From: Amoebophrya sp. A120
Lineage: Eukaryota; Protista; Dinoflagellata
Length of the DNA stretch: 64,000 nucleotides
NCBI GenBank assembly: GCA_905178155.1
Contig: CAJINV010000003.1
Location: forward strand, 6,353,985 to 6,417,984
Direction of reading: 5' to 3'
A program made the position numbers and the translations under genes. The first letter of the stretch is position 1. Every line of letters begins with the position of its first letter. This document shows, piece by piece, positions 38,954-51,000 of the stretch. The notes under the pieces are model-generated. The model made no database searches. It worked only from the letters and a program-made list of their open reading frames with translations, and was not told the DNA's origin.

Positions 38954-41850
38954 TTACTTGTCCATGCAGGCGGCGGAGTAGATGGCCATGCCGAAGGCAC
39001 CCTTGTTGACCAAGTCCGCGACGTTGTAGACGATGTTGATGTATGCGTTGCAAATATCTCTGGGTCTGGAAACCTGTGCTGCTGCGTCGAATAGTGGCTG
39101 GGTGCTCTGTCATTATACACAGCCAAGCATGAGAAATAACTGCACTGCTTTTGCATGACAAGAGGAGGGCTTTCTTCTTGGACACGCATCACAAGCTTTT
39201 TCTCTAGGTCTAGCCATGCCAGACAGGTGCATGACAAAATTTGCATCCTTCCAGGCCCAGATACTATCTTTGCAGTTGATATGATGACGGACTGGGAGTG
39301 GTAGCCGTAGTAGAAGGCGGTGTTACCGGGGGTGCCCGGCGCGATCAGGTAGGTCACGTAGTAGCCAATCGGGTAGATGGACCAGCCGACGGACACAATC
39401 AGGCGCAGGGTGTTGAAAGCGGACTTCATGGCCACGTTGGTTGACTTTGCGCTGATCTGAGACGCCTCGCCCATGAACACCTGTTTTGGATTTTTTTCAA
39501 ATAACACATCGAACGTCATTAGTTTGGAAAAAAAAATGCGGCTCTCGTGTTGGCACTGAGGTTAATGATACGCAGATTTCTTTTGCATGGCACCTCTTCA
39601 ATACGTCGGAAATAAGAATTTCACAGATGTAGTACCTCGTAGATGATGTAGAGCCAGCACAGCATGCCCGGGACGAAGCCGCAGAGGACGGAGATGATGC
39701 CGGCCTCACCGAACCAGCCGAAGAGCAGCATGCCGACGGACGTGCCCAACAACTTCCAGAACAAGCTGGCGCTGACATCCATGACCGCGGCCAAGATCAG
39801 GTAGAATTCGACGATCTGTATTGAAGAATCCGGATACCAATACAACGAACCAAGCCTTTTTTACTTCAGCTAAAGGAGAGTGAACAAAATTTTGATTTTC
39901 ACTTGATGTGCATTTCTGGTGCAGTACATTCCAGTCCTGTTTTTCTTTTTTTCTCCGGAATGAGACTGCATCGAAGAATAAAATAATTTCCCCAGAACCT
40001 GCAGAGGCACGGTGATCAACCAGTCCGTGTAGCGGTAGGCCGTGGGGGACTGCTGGGTCTTGGACCAGGTGTCCTTCATGTAGATGTAGTTCCAGAAAGC
40101 AACGCCGCACACCAGGGCCGCGACGCAGATGGATCGCTTCCACTCTGTTGTTTTTCAAAAAGTTTTTCCGATACTAGATTTAAATCCTGGGTTCTCGCGT
40201 ACCGAGACCTTTACATCAAACCTCTCTCTTCTGTTGGGGCGTCTCGAGCAGTAGCCAAACATTTTAATTACATCGTCGATTGCATAAGCATCTAGAATGC
40301 CGAAATGCTCTCCAGAATGCACAAAAGGCTTTATATTGAAAACTAAAATCCCAAAGGGAAGTTTGAAAATAAGCACTGTAGCATAGCGAACTGAACTTGA
40401 AAATAAGCAAGGCTTTATACGCTTTGGGACTTCGTACATCTCGACGAGGAAGAAGACGGTGAAGGCGAGCATCGCGTTGCACGCAATCCAGAAGGTGGTG
40501 CCGACGACATCGTGGCTGCCCAACGCCTCGTTGTCAGCCAAGGCCTGGACGATCGGAATGCCCGTGCTGGACAGCGGGAACCCGTAGGGCAGGTATGCGC
40601 GCGAAACAGAAGAGCTGCACTCAAATAATGCAATAAAAATTCTGGTGCGCAATGCAACGCAATAACTATCCACAAAAAGCGTTCGTGATTTGTGGCGCGA
40701 GCCTCACGTAGAGTCGAGCGCGTTTTGCAGCAATACTGATTTCTTCTGCTTAGAAACACAATAAGCCTACCTGGCAGCTTATAAAACACGCAACAGCATA
40801 CAACGTTTTTGCACTTTCGAATTTTTGCGCCGATGATGCAAAATTTTGATTCTCGCCTGCTTCGATCGCGTGGATACGTTGTAGGACAGGGGCTGTCCCG
40901 GGTACTTGTACGGGTAACCCTGGTCGATGAAGTGCGAGTCGTGCAACACCTGACAGTTGTGGCGGCGCGCCGATCATTATTCTTCTATCCTACACACGTG
41001 AAGCCTTTTTTCTCTTAAATTTAGTGCGACAAAAATCCAAACATACGTGATACTAAAATCATCAGTGAGCTCCGTAGTAGTACCTGAGCGGCGACCGGGG
41101 TCTCAAGGGCGCCGACGAGCTCCGATTTGGACACGCCCTCTTCCTGCAGGGCCTTGGTCATGCCCTGCTCGACGGCCTTCACCTGCTCGCTGTTCAAGCC
41201 TCCCTTGGCTGCGGAAAATATGGATTCTAAAACAGTGCTCGTGCGAAATCAAAAGCCTTGTATTGTGCAATGCTGAAGGTGGGAGCACGCGGAAACATAC
41301 GAAAATTTTTTCCGTGTCGTAGCTGCACAATCAGCTTGATCTTTAAATGCGGGCCTCTTTGCATGTCTTGGTCTCTACTTACTCGCTCGAGGAATTTACT
41401 AAATTTCCTTCGCACAAACATTGTCCTTTCAACACGGAACAGTTTTTTTTTTTAGTTTGGTAGCAATCACCTGGGACTCTGACAATCCCGAGTCCTTGAA
41501 CTCCTTCAGGAGGGTTGGCCCGGCCTCCTTTGCAAGTGTTTCCCGCGTAATCGTGTGCTCCAATTCCTGAAGTGTATATTGTGACGCAGAGTGCGGGGTA
41601 AAAAAAAACATGAGCATCAACAGCCAGAGAAAAAAGCGATCGTCAACTGGTTCTTGACCTTAGAATGTTTTAAATCAGCGAAGTGCACCACACGGCCATG
41701 AAAATAGTTCGGTGCGCATGCTCACATTTTCCCAAACCTGCATCTTACCGATCCGATGACTGGAAGTGCCTTTTCGACATAGGCATTGGTGATGTCCGAC
41801 TTGTCCGCCTGGACAGCCGCCGCGAGGGCGATCAAGCTCTTCAATCCCAT
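38954..41850 (-). CDS. Proteorhodopsin-type microbial rhodopsin (DTE, Q105) with signal peptide and long N-terminal extension, 8 exons, ~400 aa
   Basis: Exons approx. 41850-41749, 41566-~41461, 41208-41084, 40949-~40878, ~40592-40421, 40144-39999, 39815-39636, 39480-39283 plus terminal 39049-38954 (nine coding segments if the last introner is counted). Motifs GTTFWIACNAMLAFTVFF, RYTDWLITVPLQIVEF, GWSIYPIGY and retinal Lys in NVADLVNKGAFG. The 7-TM core is secure; linkage of the 5' exons is inferred. Confidence 0.9.
39050..39282. mobile_element. Degenerate family A introner forming the last rhodopsin intron
   Basis: CTGGGTCTGGAA / TTCCAGGCCCAG inverted cores; no GT-AG. Removal gives QSVI-NAYINIVYNVAD. 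Confidence 0.8.
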
Positions 41851-43166
41851 GCTTTTGATTTCTATAACACAATCACTTTTTTTCCTATTCTCTCCTTTCT
41901 TTCTCTCGGAGGTACACTGCTCCGTTCCTAAGTTTTCGTTTTCAAGAGAGAAATATCGACCCTGTGTGCGTTGCGGGACCTCTCAGACCTAAACACAAAC
42001 TCTACGGGGGACTAAGTTCACTCTCACCTCCGGGGCGACTAAATTAAACTTGCGCTTCGCTTCTGTTCCTTACGAACAGACACGCACGGGCCCTGTATTT
42101 GTGTGAAATATCACCAGAGACGTGACATCGCAGACCTAAAAAATAACGGTGGGGTTCGAAGAGTACAGATTGATCGAATCTTACTTACAGCTCTTTACTT
42201 TCAACCGACAGGTTTCACAATCAATACTGAAGTCAGCTCGCCGCCCAAAAAGTCTAGGAGAAAGCAACACACGCTGTAAAGCTCCGAATTTATTCCGCGT
42301 TCTCGCATCATCGTCATCATCTATCCTGCGCGGGGTATTGCGCAGAGGGCGGAAAAGACATTTCAAAAAAAAACACATGAAAAAAAGAACCGATTCAACG
42401 TTGATGTGTACACACATGCCTGCATAAAACCGACTCTGGCGCATCACCAGTGTGAAGCGTCACCGCTTCGCAGTCTGTGATCAAAAACCGAGATAAAAAA
42501 CGCGCGTGGGTCACCGAAATTTAAACACCTCAAACACAAATTTAGCTGCGGCCGTCATTGCCACATGCGAATGTGGTGGGTAGCGCGTCATGGTCATGAG
42601 CCAGGCCTGTGAGTCTTTATCTGCGAAATAAGATTTTCTGTAGCTGCGAAACAGGATTGTTCATCGCAAAAAAAAACACTCTATCTCAGAGTTGCACCAA
42701 AGACCCTTGATGCTAGATTCGTTCTTGGGTCGGCGCTGCTTTTCGTGCGCACGAGAAGCGAGGAGGGTCCTGTTCATCAGTTATCCTCGCAAAAATTTTC
42801 ATCCGCCCTTGCATACATAAAGCCGGCAGGTGTGCTCGCTTCTAAAACGCGTACACATGCAACCAATTGTGTGCTCGCTTCTTCAGGCGAGCGAGTTACT
42901 TACTGTCAAACTCACTATCTATATTCCTGCTTGTAGGTAGCTAGCAACCAGTGTCTCAACCGGATGTCACCAAGATCGTACACATAAAACCAATACGCAT
43001 TGCAAAAGAATCGTACTCGTAGTAATTGCATACCCTAACTGGCTCACGATTCTCCTCAACATCTGACTCCTGTCTGAGTTACCAGTCAAGGGTTACTCTG
43101 TCCAGACCTACCCCAAACCCCGCGCTCTTCGCTACAATCCGCACTCTCCTCCACAATCCTCCAGGT

Positions 43167-44736
43167 TTAAACCATCGCCCCTCTCCACTCCGCACTCCTG
43201 TAAAAGAAGAGCACCAAGGAGGTACCGGCAGCCGCGACGACGGCGGAGAGAGCGGTGGAGGTGGCACCGGATGACAGATTGGCAAAATGATCGCACATGT
43301 TGGTCGGCGTGGGGCACGCATTAGATACAATTCTGTAGCAAAAATTGTAAACGCTGCTCCCGCACGCGCCATTCACAGCAATTGCCGCCGTGTCGGCACA
43401 ACCACTGCTGGTACCGGCGTCCATTTCGGTCATGCTACCATCATAACGCCATTTGACAGCGGGGCGGTTGTCGGTGATATCCAGGCAGCCCAACGCACCG
43501 CAGCTGTAAGTCACGGAGGGAAACGCGCAACTCCCGCCATCGCCGACGGTCATAACACCAACATTCCCGCTGGAGCCGTCCGCCCCCCCGGAGAAAACGG
43601 CGCAAAAAGGAGCCTTCCGCGGAACTCGTCAGGTCCTCGCGAGCCGGGGCCGTGCACCACGGCTGGTACACAAACAGCGGGTAGCGGCTCAGCAAACTGC
43701 AGACGCAGTACAGCACTAGGGAAACCGTAAAGATAAGTCCCTCCGGCGAGTGCTGGACTTGGCACACGGAGGACAAGGTTCCCCGCGTCAGGAAATCCCA
43801 CGGGAACAACGGCTCTCCGGTGGAAAGATGCTTTGGCACAAACACCTGGCGAATCGGAAGCACTGTGCCGATTAACATGACTGCGTATCCGAACGTGAGC
43901 AGAAAAAAGCAGGTGATGCCGTTTACTCGGCTGTATCCGCGCTCCCGAACGGCCAGTTGGTAGATCCATCGGTTGCTCACTGCTCCGAATCCGCGCGCGT
44001 GGTCCAATCCGCCGGCCACCTTCTGTTCGGTCTGTTCCAACTTGACTTGCTGTTCGCGTAAAGAGTCCTTCAGTCCGTTCAATTCTTCCCGCAGGCTCTG
44101 GATAAGCACCCGAGGATCTTCTGGCTCATCCAGCATCTTCTCTGAGGCCGTTATCTCTACTAGCGCCTGTGGTTTGGCGGCCGATGGGTGAGCAAGAGTC
44201 CCACCTCCGTCATCCTCGATCGGTTCCGGAGACCACATCTCATCGTCGCGGGCTGCTGCACCACCCTTGATCTCGTACGCTTCAGCCTCCCACGTTTCGG
44301 CGGATTGCTCTGCCGTAGGTGTCAGCGTGAGCATCAGTGTTGAAGACGACGCCGGGCTGCGACCCTCCTCCGCCTGCTGCGCTTGCACGAACAGAGCGCC
44401 ACCGGTCGACGAGAACGCCGTGCGTTCATGTGACAAGGACTGAGCAGCTCCCCCTGCTTCGCTTTCGGGCGGCGAGTGCATCCGGCCCTCCTGCGATCCG
44501 TGGTGTTGTTCTGCGACATCAGCAGTGGAAGCAGTAGTGTCACCTTCCGATGCTACCAGATTCTGGTTTCCGGGCTGCGTCAGCGCGCGTATAACCTGCA
44601 CGCAGGGGAGAAGAAGAGCGGAGCGCGGCCATGTGCATTTCCACGCGGTGAGGAGGATCTTCCCTGACGTGGCGCGAGGGCCGCGTCGGCGGTCATCCTT
44701 CGCCGACGACCCACATGCGCGCGGTAGGGACTTCAC
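43167..44736 (-). CDS. Membrane/surface protein: coiled coil, two hydrophobic helices, Cys-rich C-terminal part with hydrophobic tail; two ORFs meeting at a C7 run
   Basis: ORFs 43441-44736 and 43167-43553 overlap; removing one base in the run 43583-43589 joins them. Confidence 0.45.
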
Positions 44737-44759
44737 ACCTCTTCAAAGAATCTAAATAT

Positions 44760-47700
44760 TTGCGAAGTGGTCCTTCAGAAAGTCGCGAAATCCGCCTACG
44801 CTCCTCGGGAGACCGTTCGCTCTTCTGGGGCGGTCTTCACTCCGCGCAAGACTCCGCGCAAACGTCGACCTTATTTCATTCTATGCTTGTCCTTGTCCTC
44901 TGTCCTCCTCTCGGCTCTCCGGCATGAACACCATGGCGATGCATTCTTCTTTTCCCACATTCTCGGGAGCAAATATCGCAAATCTTTGCCCCTTGTGGCG
45001 GATTCGCACGAGCCCGCGGAGGACGCCCGGCTCCGGAATGAAGTCCCGGTCTTCTGCGAGACACACACAATAAATCGTGGCGCCGCCCGCGGAGCAAAAT
45101 TGGGTGCACCTCGCACTGCCCGAGTAAGAATGAAACGATCGTCGGAGAGTCCGGCGCGTGGCGGTGCAGCCGCCTTGTCCTACTCAACCAGGCGCGAGGG
45201 AATTACAAGCAAGTCGTGCGCGCTAATTGCAAGGTCGATTATCGCCCTCCGGCCTCGGCATCGCTCCTCCAGTCCACGACATCCCAAGGAGTCTGCGCGC
45301 CGGCGGGAGCAGCGCGGGCGCGCCTTCCGGCGGGCCCGGTTAGTGCAGAACCGTAGGTATCGGGGCCAGTCTTTTCCGCGGTCCTTTGCCGGGGCAGGAA
45401 GGAGCGGAATCGGCCACCGCGGCTCCCCACCCTTTCCTAGAAGGCGATGGGAGCCCACCCGTTCAAGAGGCCCGGTGCGGCTTGCCGGTGCCCCAGAAGG
45501 CCGGCCGCCGAAGGCGTTCGACACGCGCGCCATGCGGCCCCCGACTCAACCACTTGGCCCTAGGCACCATGCGCACAGGGGTCCGGAGGGTCCACGTCTG
45601 TGGGGGCATTGGTGTCAGAATGTGCGGCCGGCGGCGCACAGCATACCTGGGGACTGTTTATCTTAAAGCAATGCCCCCCCTGGAAAGCAAAGCACATGCG
45701 CGCCAAGGAAAGGGATGATGGTGAAGGGGGGGTTGGGGGCAGGGGGCAGCATTAGGAGAGATGGCGGAAGGAGGAGGCTTGGGGGTCCGTCATCCAAGTC
45801 GTCGCCCAAGTCTTGAGACTGGTTGTATAGTGTCTATAAATTACAGGAATCATGGACTTTTTTCATCTTCTTTATAAAATGCACCGCTGGACATCCAAGA
45901 AGTCTTGCCCTCGAATGAGTTATAAAAATCCTCAAAATTCTGGAAATTTTTTAAATCAGAAAAAAAAACCAGTAAAAGTGAAAGGCTATAATATTCCGGT
46001 AGGTTAGTGTTCGAATTCGATATTTTTATGACGTTTATTAAGCATAGAAAAGAGCCACGCTGGGGCTCTTTGTATTTTTCAAAATTTTTAAGATTTTTCA
46101 AAAGTTTACAATTTGAAAAAAATGCAAAACGTGGGTGGATAAGGACTGCACTTATGTCAGTTTGTAAGTTTTTCGATTATATGGTGGATCTTTGTGTCTA
46201 TTTAAACTTTTAATGTTTGCAAATGTGTGGCTTTGGATTTTTTGAAAATTTTTTAAAAAAGGAAAAAATCAGTGCAGCAATCATCTAGAGATTTAATTCG
46301 GATTCTGTATGCAGAACATAAGCAATATTATGATTTTTGTGAGATCGTACTGTTTTGGATATCCATACTTATAAGATGTTCCCTATTTTTCAGAATTTTC
46401 AAAAGATTTAAAAATTGCGCATGATGTGAGTGCCACCATTATAATTGTATTTAGCTCCATAATTTCTTTGCTAATAAGTATAGAGTACATATATGATACC
46501 GAATAGAGACAGGGTTTGGTTTTTCCTTCAGTATTTGGAATCATGTTTAGAAATTTAAAAATTTGAGGAATTTTTTTTTAGATGGACCACCCCCAGAAAA
46601 TCGGAAAAAAATTGCCAACCTTGAGCAGATTCTCTCTCGATCTTGGCAATTTGGTCTCTTGAGCCAATTTTTTAAAGAGCTCCAAAGTCCGGAAAACGCA
46701 AACCATTGCCATGCTCATAAACCTCCGCGATCGCGTCCGAGAGGCAGCGCCGTCCTGCCCAGGGTCCTGGACCCCATCCGCAGGGGGGGCTGTGCCGACT
46801 TAAGGAAGGGCGCGTCAAATACGCTGCCGAAAGCCCCACCGGACAAGGCGCATACTGCATCCGGCGACGCATGCTGCCCGGGGGAGCACCGCGTGCCGAC
46901 CCGGAAAGGCCGAGCCAGGCAGGGCGCAGCAGGCCGGACTGGACGGGGCGCTGTACGGCGAACCGAGCAAGGTGCCACCGGTCGGGCTTGGCCGTACGCC
47001 CACCGAACGCGCCCCGTGGCCCCTGCCTGTTGCGCCGCCTTCCAAATCGCACGCTCCCGATCGGGGGGCACACGGGGCCGAGCCGCAAAGTGCGCCGCGC
47101 CCGGGTGCCGCGGTGGCATCATCCGTTCCCCCTCCGCCCGCCCCGTTCGTGGCCGCCGAAAGGGCTATCGGAGTCGCCGGAGGGGAAGGGGGGCCCCGGG
47201 AGGCTCGGGCGACCCCGCGCGGAAGGCCCCGGTCGCGGGACCAGGAAATGCCAGCGCCTGCGCGGGGAGGGTAGAATAGCGCGGCGGGCGAGCGGGAAGC
47301 AATAGAAGCGCGCTCCGTGCGGTGCGCGGGGTGCCATAGAGACGCGCCCCGGAGCAGCGGGGGCGGGGAATAGAAGCCCGCCCGGCCCGGTGCAACGCGC
47401 TCCAGAAGGCGGCGGTCTTTGCAAGCCGGCGCCGCTGCTGGACACTGTGTTTTTTCGGCGCTGAGCGACACCACGGGCTATGCCACTGCGGAGACCAAAA
47501 AAAAAACGCGCCCGAGCCGCGGATAGCCAGGGAAGTTGGGACATGTCTCGATCCATGGTGCCCAGGTACTCGCTTGACCACGAGCAGCAATCCAATCGCT
47601 TCGCAAAAAGGTTTGCATCCTGAGCACGAGACCCGTACTCATCGGAATCGAATCGAACTGGGAACAAATCGCTTCGCAATAAGATTTGTATGCTGAGCAC

Positions 47701-47900
47701 GAGACCCGTACTTGTCGGAATCGAATCGAACCGGGAACAAATCGCTTCGCAATAAGATTTGTATGCTGAGCACGAGACTCGTACTCGTCGGAATCGAATC
47801 GAACTGGGAAAAAGCCGTGAAGGCTGAGCGTCCTCCTTAAGTTGCTCCATCGAACTGCTTTGGTCCGTAGCTCAGCAAGCACCCGCCCCCGCGTCCGATT
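44760..47900. other. Divergent strand-switch region with GC-rich / AT-rich / GC-rich architecture
   Basis: All rebuilt genes to the left are minus strand and all to the right are plus strand; AT-rich core at ~45830-46680. Confidence 0.55.
47594..47810 (+). repeat. 73-bp tandem repeat, ~3 copies
   Basis: TGAGCACGAGAC starts at 47621, 47694 and 47767. Confidence 0.9.
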
Positions 47901-48005
47901 TTCACACTCAGCAGAGGAATCGTGAATCGCACTTCCGTAGTAGTGCCGAGGCTTCGGGAACAGCCATTTAAATATACCGACACATTCTGAGAGAAGCAAA
48001 AGACC

Positions 48006-51000
48006 ATGATGGCTCGTCTGCACAGCACCGCGGCGCAAAATCCTTGCCCGCACGCCTTCTCTCGAAGGGTAGCCCTTTTAACGTTTTTGCTCCGCGAACA
48101 CATTTGCGCAGACAGCAAGCCACATCTTCGGGGAACCGTTGCTATAAGCGCAGAAAATCAAACGGCTACCGAAGGCCCCGACGCCGGCGCCTGGTTAGCG
48201 AAACAGGAAGCAGATGCGTTTCTCGACTTGAATGTACACTCTCCGCCCCGCGGGAGTTGCGATTCGGAGGGGGTCGCCTCGGAGTGGCCTTGTGCAGAGT
48301 GGGCTGCACCGGCGTATGTTCCAACAACGGGGTCGGTTGCGAAAGACTCGGCGAGTCTCGTTCAGATAGCAGAGGTTGTGCAGCCACAGCTCGAGTTGCG
48401 CACAGGCGGGGAAGATGAAGAGGCCACGCTGGCATCTCGGGTGAAGAGTACCGCTTCGGGCACCACCAAATTGGGGGGGCGAATCAAGGACGCGGCACTG
48501 TCCAAAGATCACGGACTTGCCATGCTGATCCAGCTTCTCGGCAATCCCGCCAGCCTCGTGAATAGCATGTTCCGCGGCAGCAAAGAACTAATGCTGTCGC
48601 AAATCGAGGAAAACGTTGGAAAAGTTGTCGGGGGGGGCGGAAGTCCGCACCTTGGGTGCGACCCTCGTGAAACAAATTTTGGCGACCGCGAGTATGGTGC
48701 TACGAATAGTGGTTACCAGTGCAGCCGGACCCTGGGGCGTGCTGGTGAACATGTTTCTTACCGACGTGCTTTTGCTGCAGCTAGGAAAAAGCATGAAGAG
48801 GTTTGCGGATCGCGACCGGTCCAAAAATGGTTACGACCTGCCCGGGCTTCTAGAGATTCGAATGGGTGAGTTTCCCCGTGCGCTAGCTACGTTTGCGAAG
48901 GCCTACCTGAATTCTGAAGCATTCGCGGGCACCATGCAGGAACTGCTGGACAAAGTGAAGGATCTCGCCTCCAACGCGATCGCGAACTCGAAGGATGCGG
49001 CGTTGCGGGCCGTGGGTCAGGCTGGCGCAAAATTGCAGGCCTTGCGCGCGAACGGCATAAATCTCTCCGGACCCACGGACGAAGAGAAGAAGGGCGCAGA
49101 CGAAGGCGGCGGCAAGGACCGTCTTGCGCGAGCGCGCGGCTCCGCAGCTGGGGCAGCCGCGGCCTTCCGCGAGAAAGCTACGGGCGCTGTAGCGGCGGTG
49201 AAGAATGCGGACCGCGAGGCGCTGGCGCAAAGGGCGAAAGGTGCGGCCTCGACCGCGCTCGACTTGGGTGCGCAAGCCAAAGAAAAGCTGGCGAAGACAG
49301 TGGAGCAGCAGAAGAAGAAGATGAGCGATCCCGCGTACCAGAAGCAATGTTCCGACGAAGCAAAAGCGGTTCTCGGCAAGTTAGCGAGTGCCGCGGGCAG
49401 CGCAAAAGACCTGACCGCTGCTGCAATGACCGACTTCATGAAAAACATGCCACCCGACGCGATGTTGAATCAACTCAGCGGGGAGCGCCGAGCGAAGCTG
49501 CAGAAGCTATTGGCGAACGACGCGGAAACTGTGGACCAGGAGGAGAGTAAACGGAACACGCCGGCCGGGAAAGAGGAAGACGCCAGCCGATTGCAAGAAA
49601 CGAAAACCTTCTTGGGGGAAAAGCTCGGGGCCATCGCAAGCAAGCTCCGGACTGCCTTACCTTCACCTGCCGATATCGTGCCGACGCTGGTTAGTACGGT
49701 GGAAAGCACCATCGCACAGCTCCAGCACTCCGCCATGAGCGGTCTCGGCTTTATGATCGTCGAGGCACCCGGGAAGGCTCTGACGCAAAAAATCATTGGC
49801 GACCTTGCATCTTTTCTCGCCGAGGTTCTCGGTGCGTTCCTTCGCATCACCTTCCCGATGCTTCCGCTGGCGACGCTGGTTGGCACCGCCGCACAGCCCA
49901 TCCTGGCGGCCGGAATGGAAACGCGGACGCGGGAGCGGCCCCGAGAGCCCTGTGACCGCGTAAAATCAAGCGACGAGGAGATGATGGCAGCGGATCCCTG
50001 CCTCAATCTCGAAGGGCTGATCAACCGTCATTTCCGTCCGATAACGGGTATGGTAGTCCCCAACTTTTTGCTCCAGTTCGTGAAAGCCGAATCCGCGATG
50101 CTCGTCGAAAATCTCCAGTCCGTGGTGCTGAATGCCGTCGAAAAGCTCCAGACGAGTGCCAAGGTACGGGCCGCAGCGGGTCTGCGACCGGACCTAGATG
50201 TTGCGACCTGGGGCATCGCCACGACGCAAAGTTCTTGGTTGTGGGACAGCCTCGCCGGGATTTTCTCCCGGGTCTTTACACCAGAGCCGCCGGTGACGAC
50301 GTTTCGGCAGTACGAGATGGTTGCGGGCGGGAAGCAGGCGGCGGAAAAGGACGTCGGCGGAATCAGTGACCAGTGCAGCGCAGACGTGGATTCGAAGGCG
50401 CAGCTGACGTTCGGCGAGCACGCCGGGCGCGGGCTCGTGAGCGTGCTCGAAAACACGTTCGCGGGAATGCCGGGGGAAGTCATCACGGACAATCTCGTTC
50501 GCACGGCCGCGAACCTGATCGCCACCATCGTGAGCTTCACCGCGGGGCCGCTCACCGCACTAATTCCGGGCGCTTCGCTTGCCGTCCAGAACATGGCGGC
50601 GAACCAGGTGCACAAGAGTTTCGCGGACTGGGTGGCTACGAAGCCGGGCGGCCTTGACATTGCGCATGAGGTGAACTACCTGTTTGTGAGCGAGTTCCTG
50701 CCGCTGCTCGCGAAGTTTCTGCAGGTGTACTGGCGCGACATCTTCAGCGCCATAAAAAAGAACTCTCCCCTCGCCTCGTTTACGTTCGGCGGTGGCAGCG
50801 TCGAAACAGCACCGCCCGAGGACACCGCAACAACGCCGGCACTATCTCTGGCAACGGCCACAGAGGAGCCGATTTCCGAGGCCGACCGAGAAGCGGTGTT
50901 TGGCGCCGAGGCCAGCAAAAATCTTCCTTCGGTGGAACAAATTCGGGATAAACAAAAGGACTACGACGAGGCCCAGAGCGAGACTCCACCGCACCGCTGG

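Noticed and set aside
45642-45700. ATACCTGG as a possible U1 snRNA 5' end
   Set aside because: Lacks ACTTACCTG and any recognisable U1 stem-loops or Sm site.
44767-47590. Arg/Pro/Gly-rich ORFs in the strand-switch region and in 1-1447
   Set aside because: Composition-driven, overlapping in all frames, with no transposase or other motif recognised.
47594-47810. 73-bp repeat as CRISPR or tRNA array
   Set aside because: The whole unit repeats with no variable spacer, and no cloverleaf or T-loop motif is evident.
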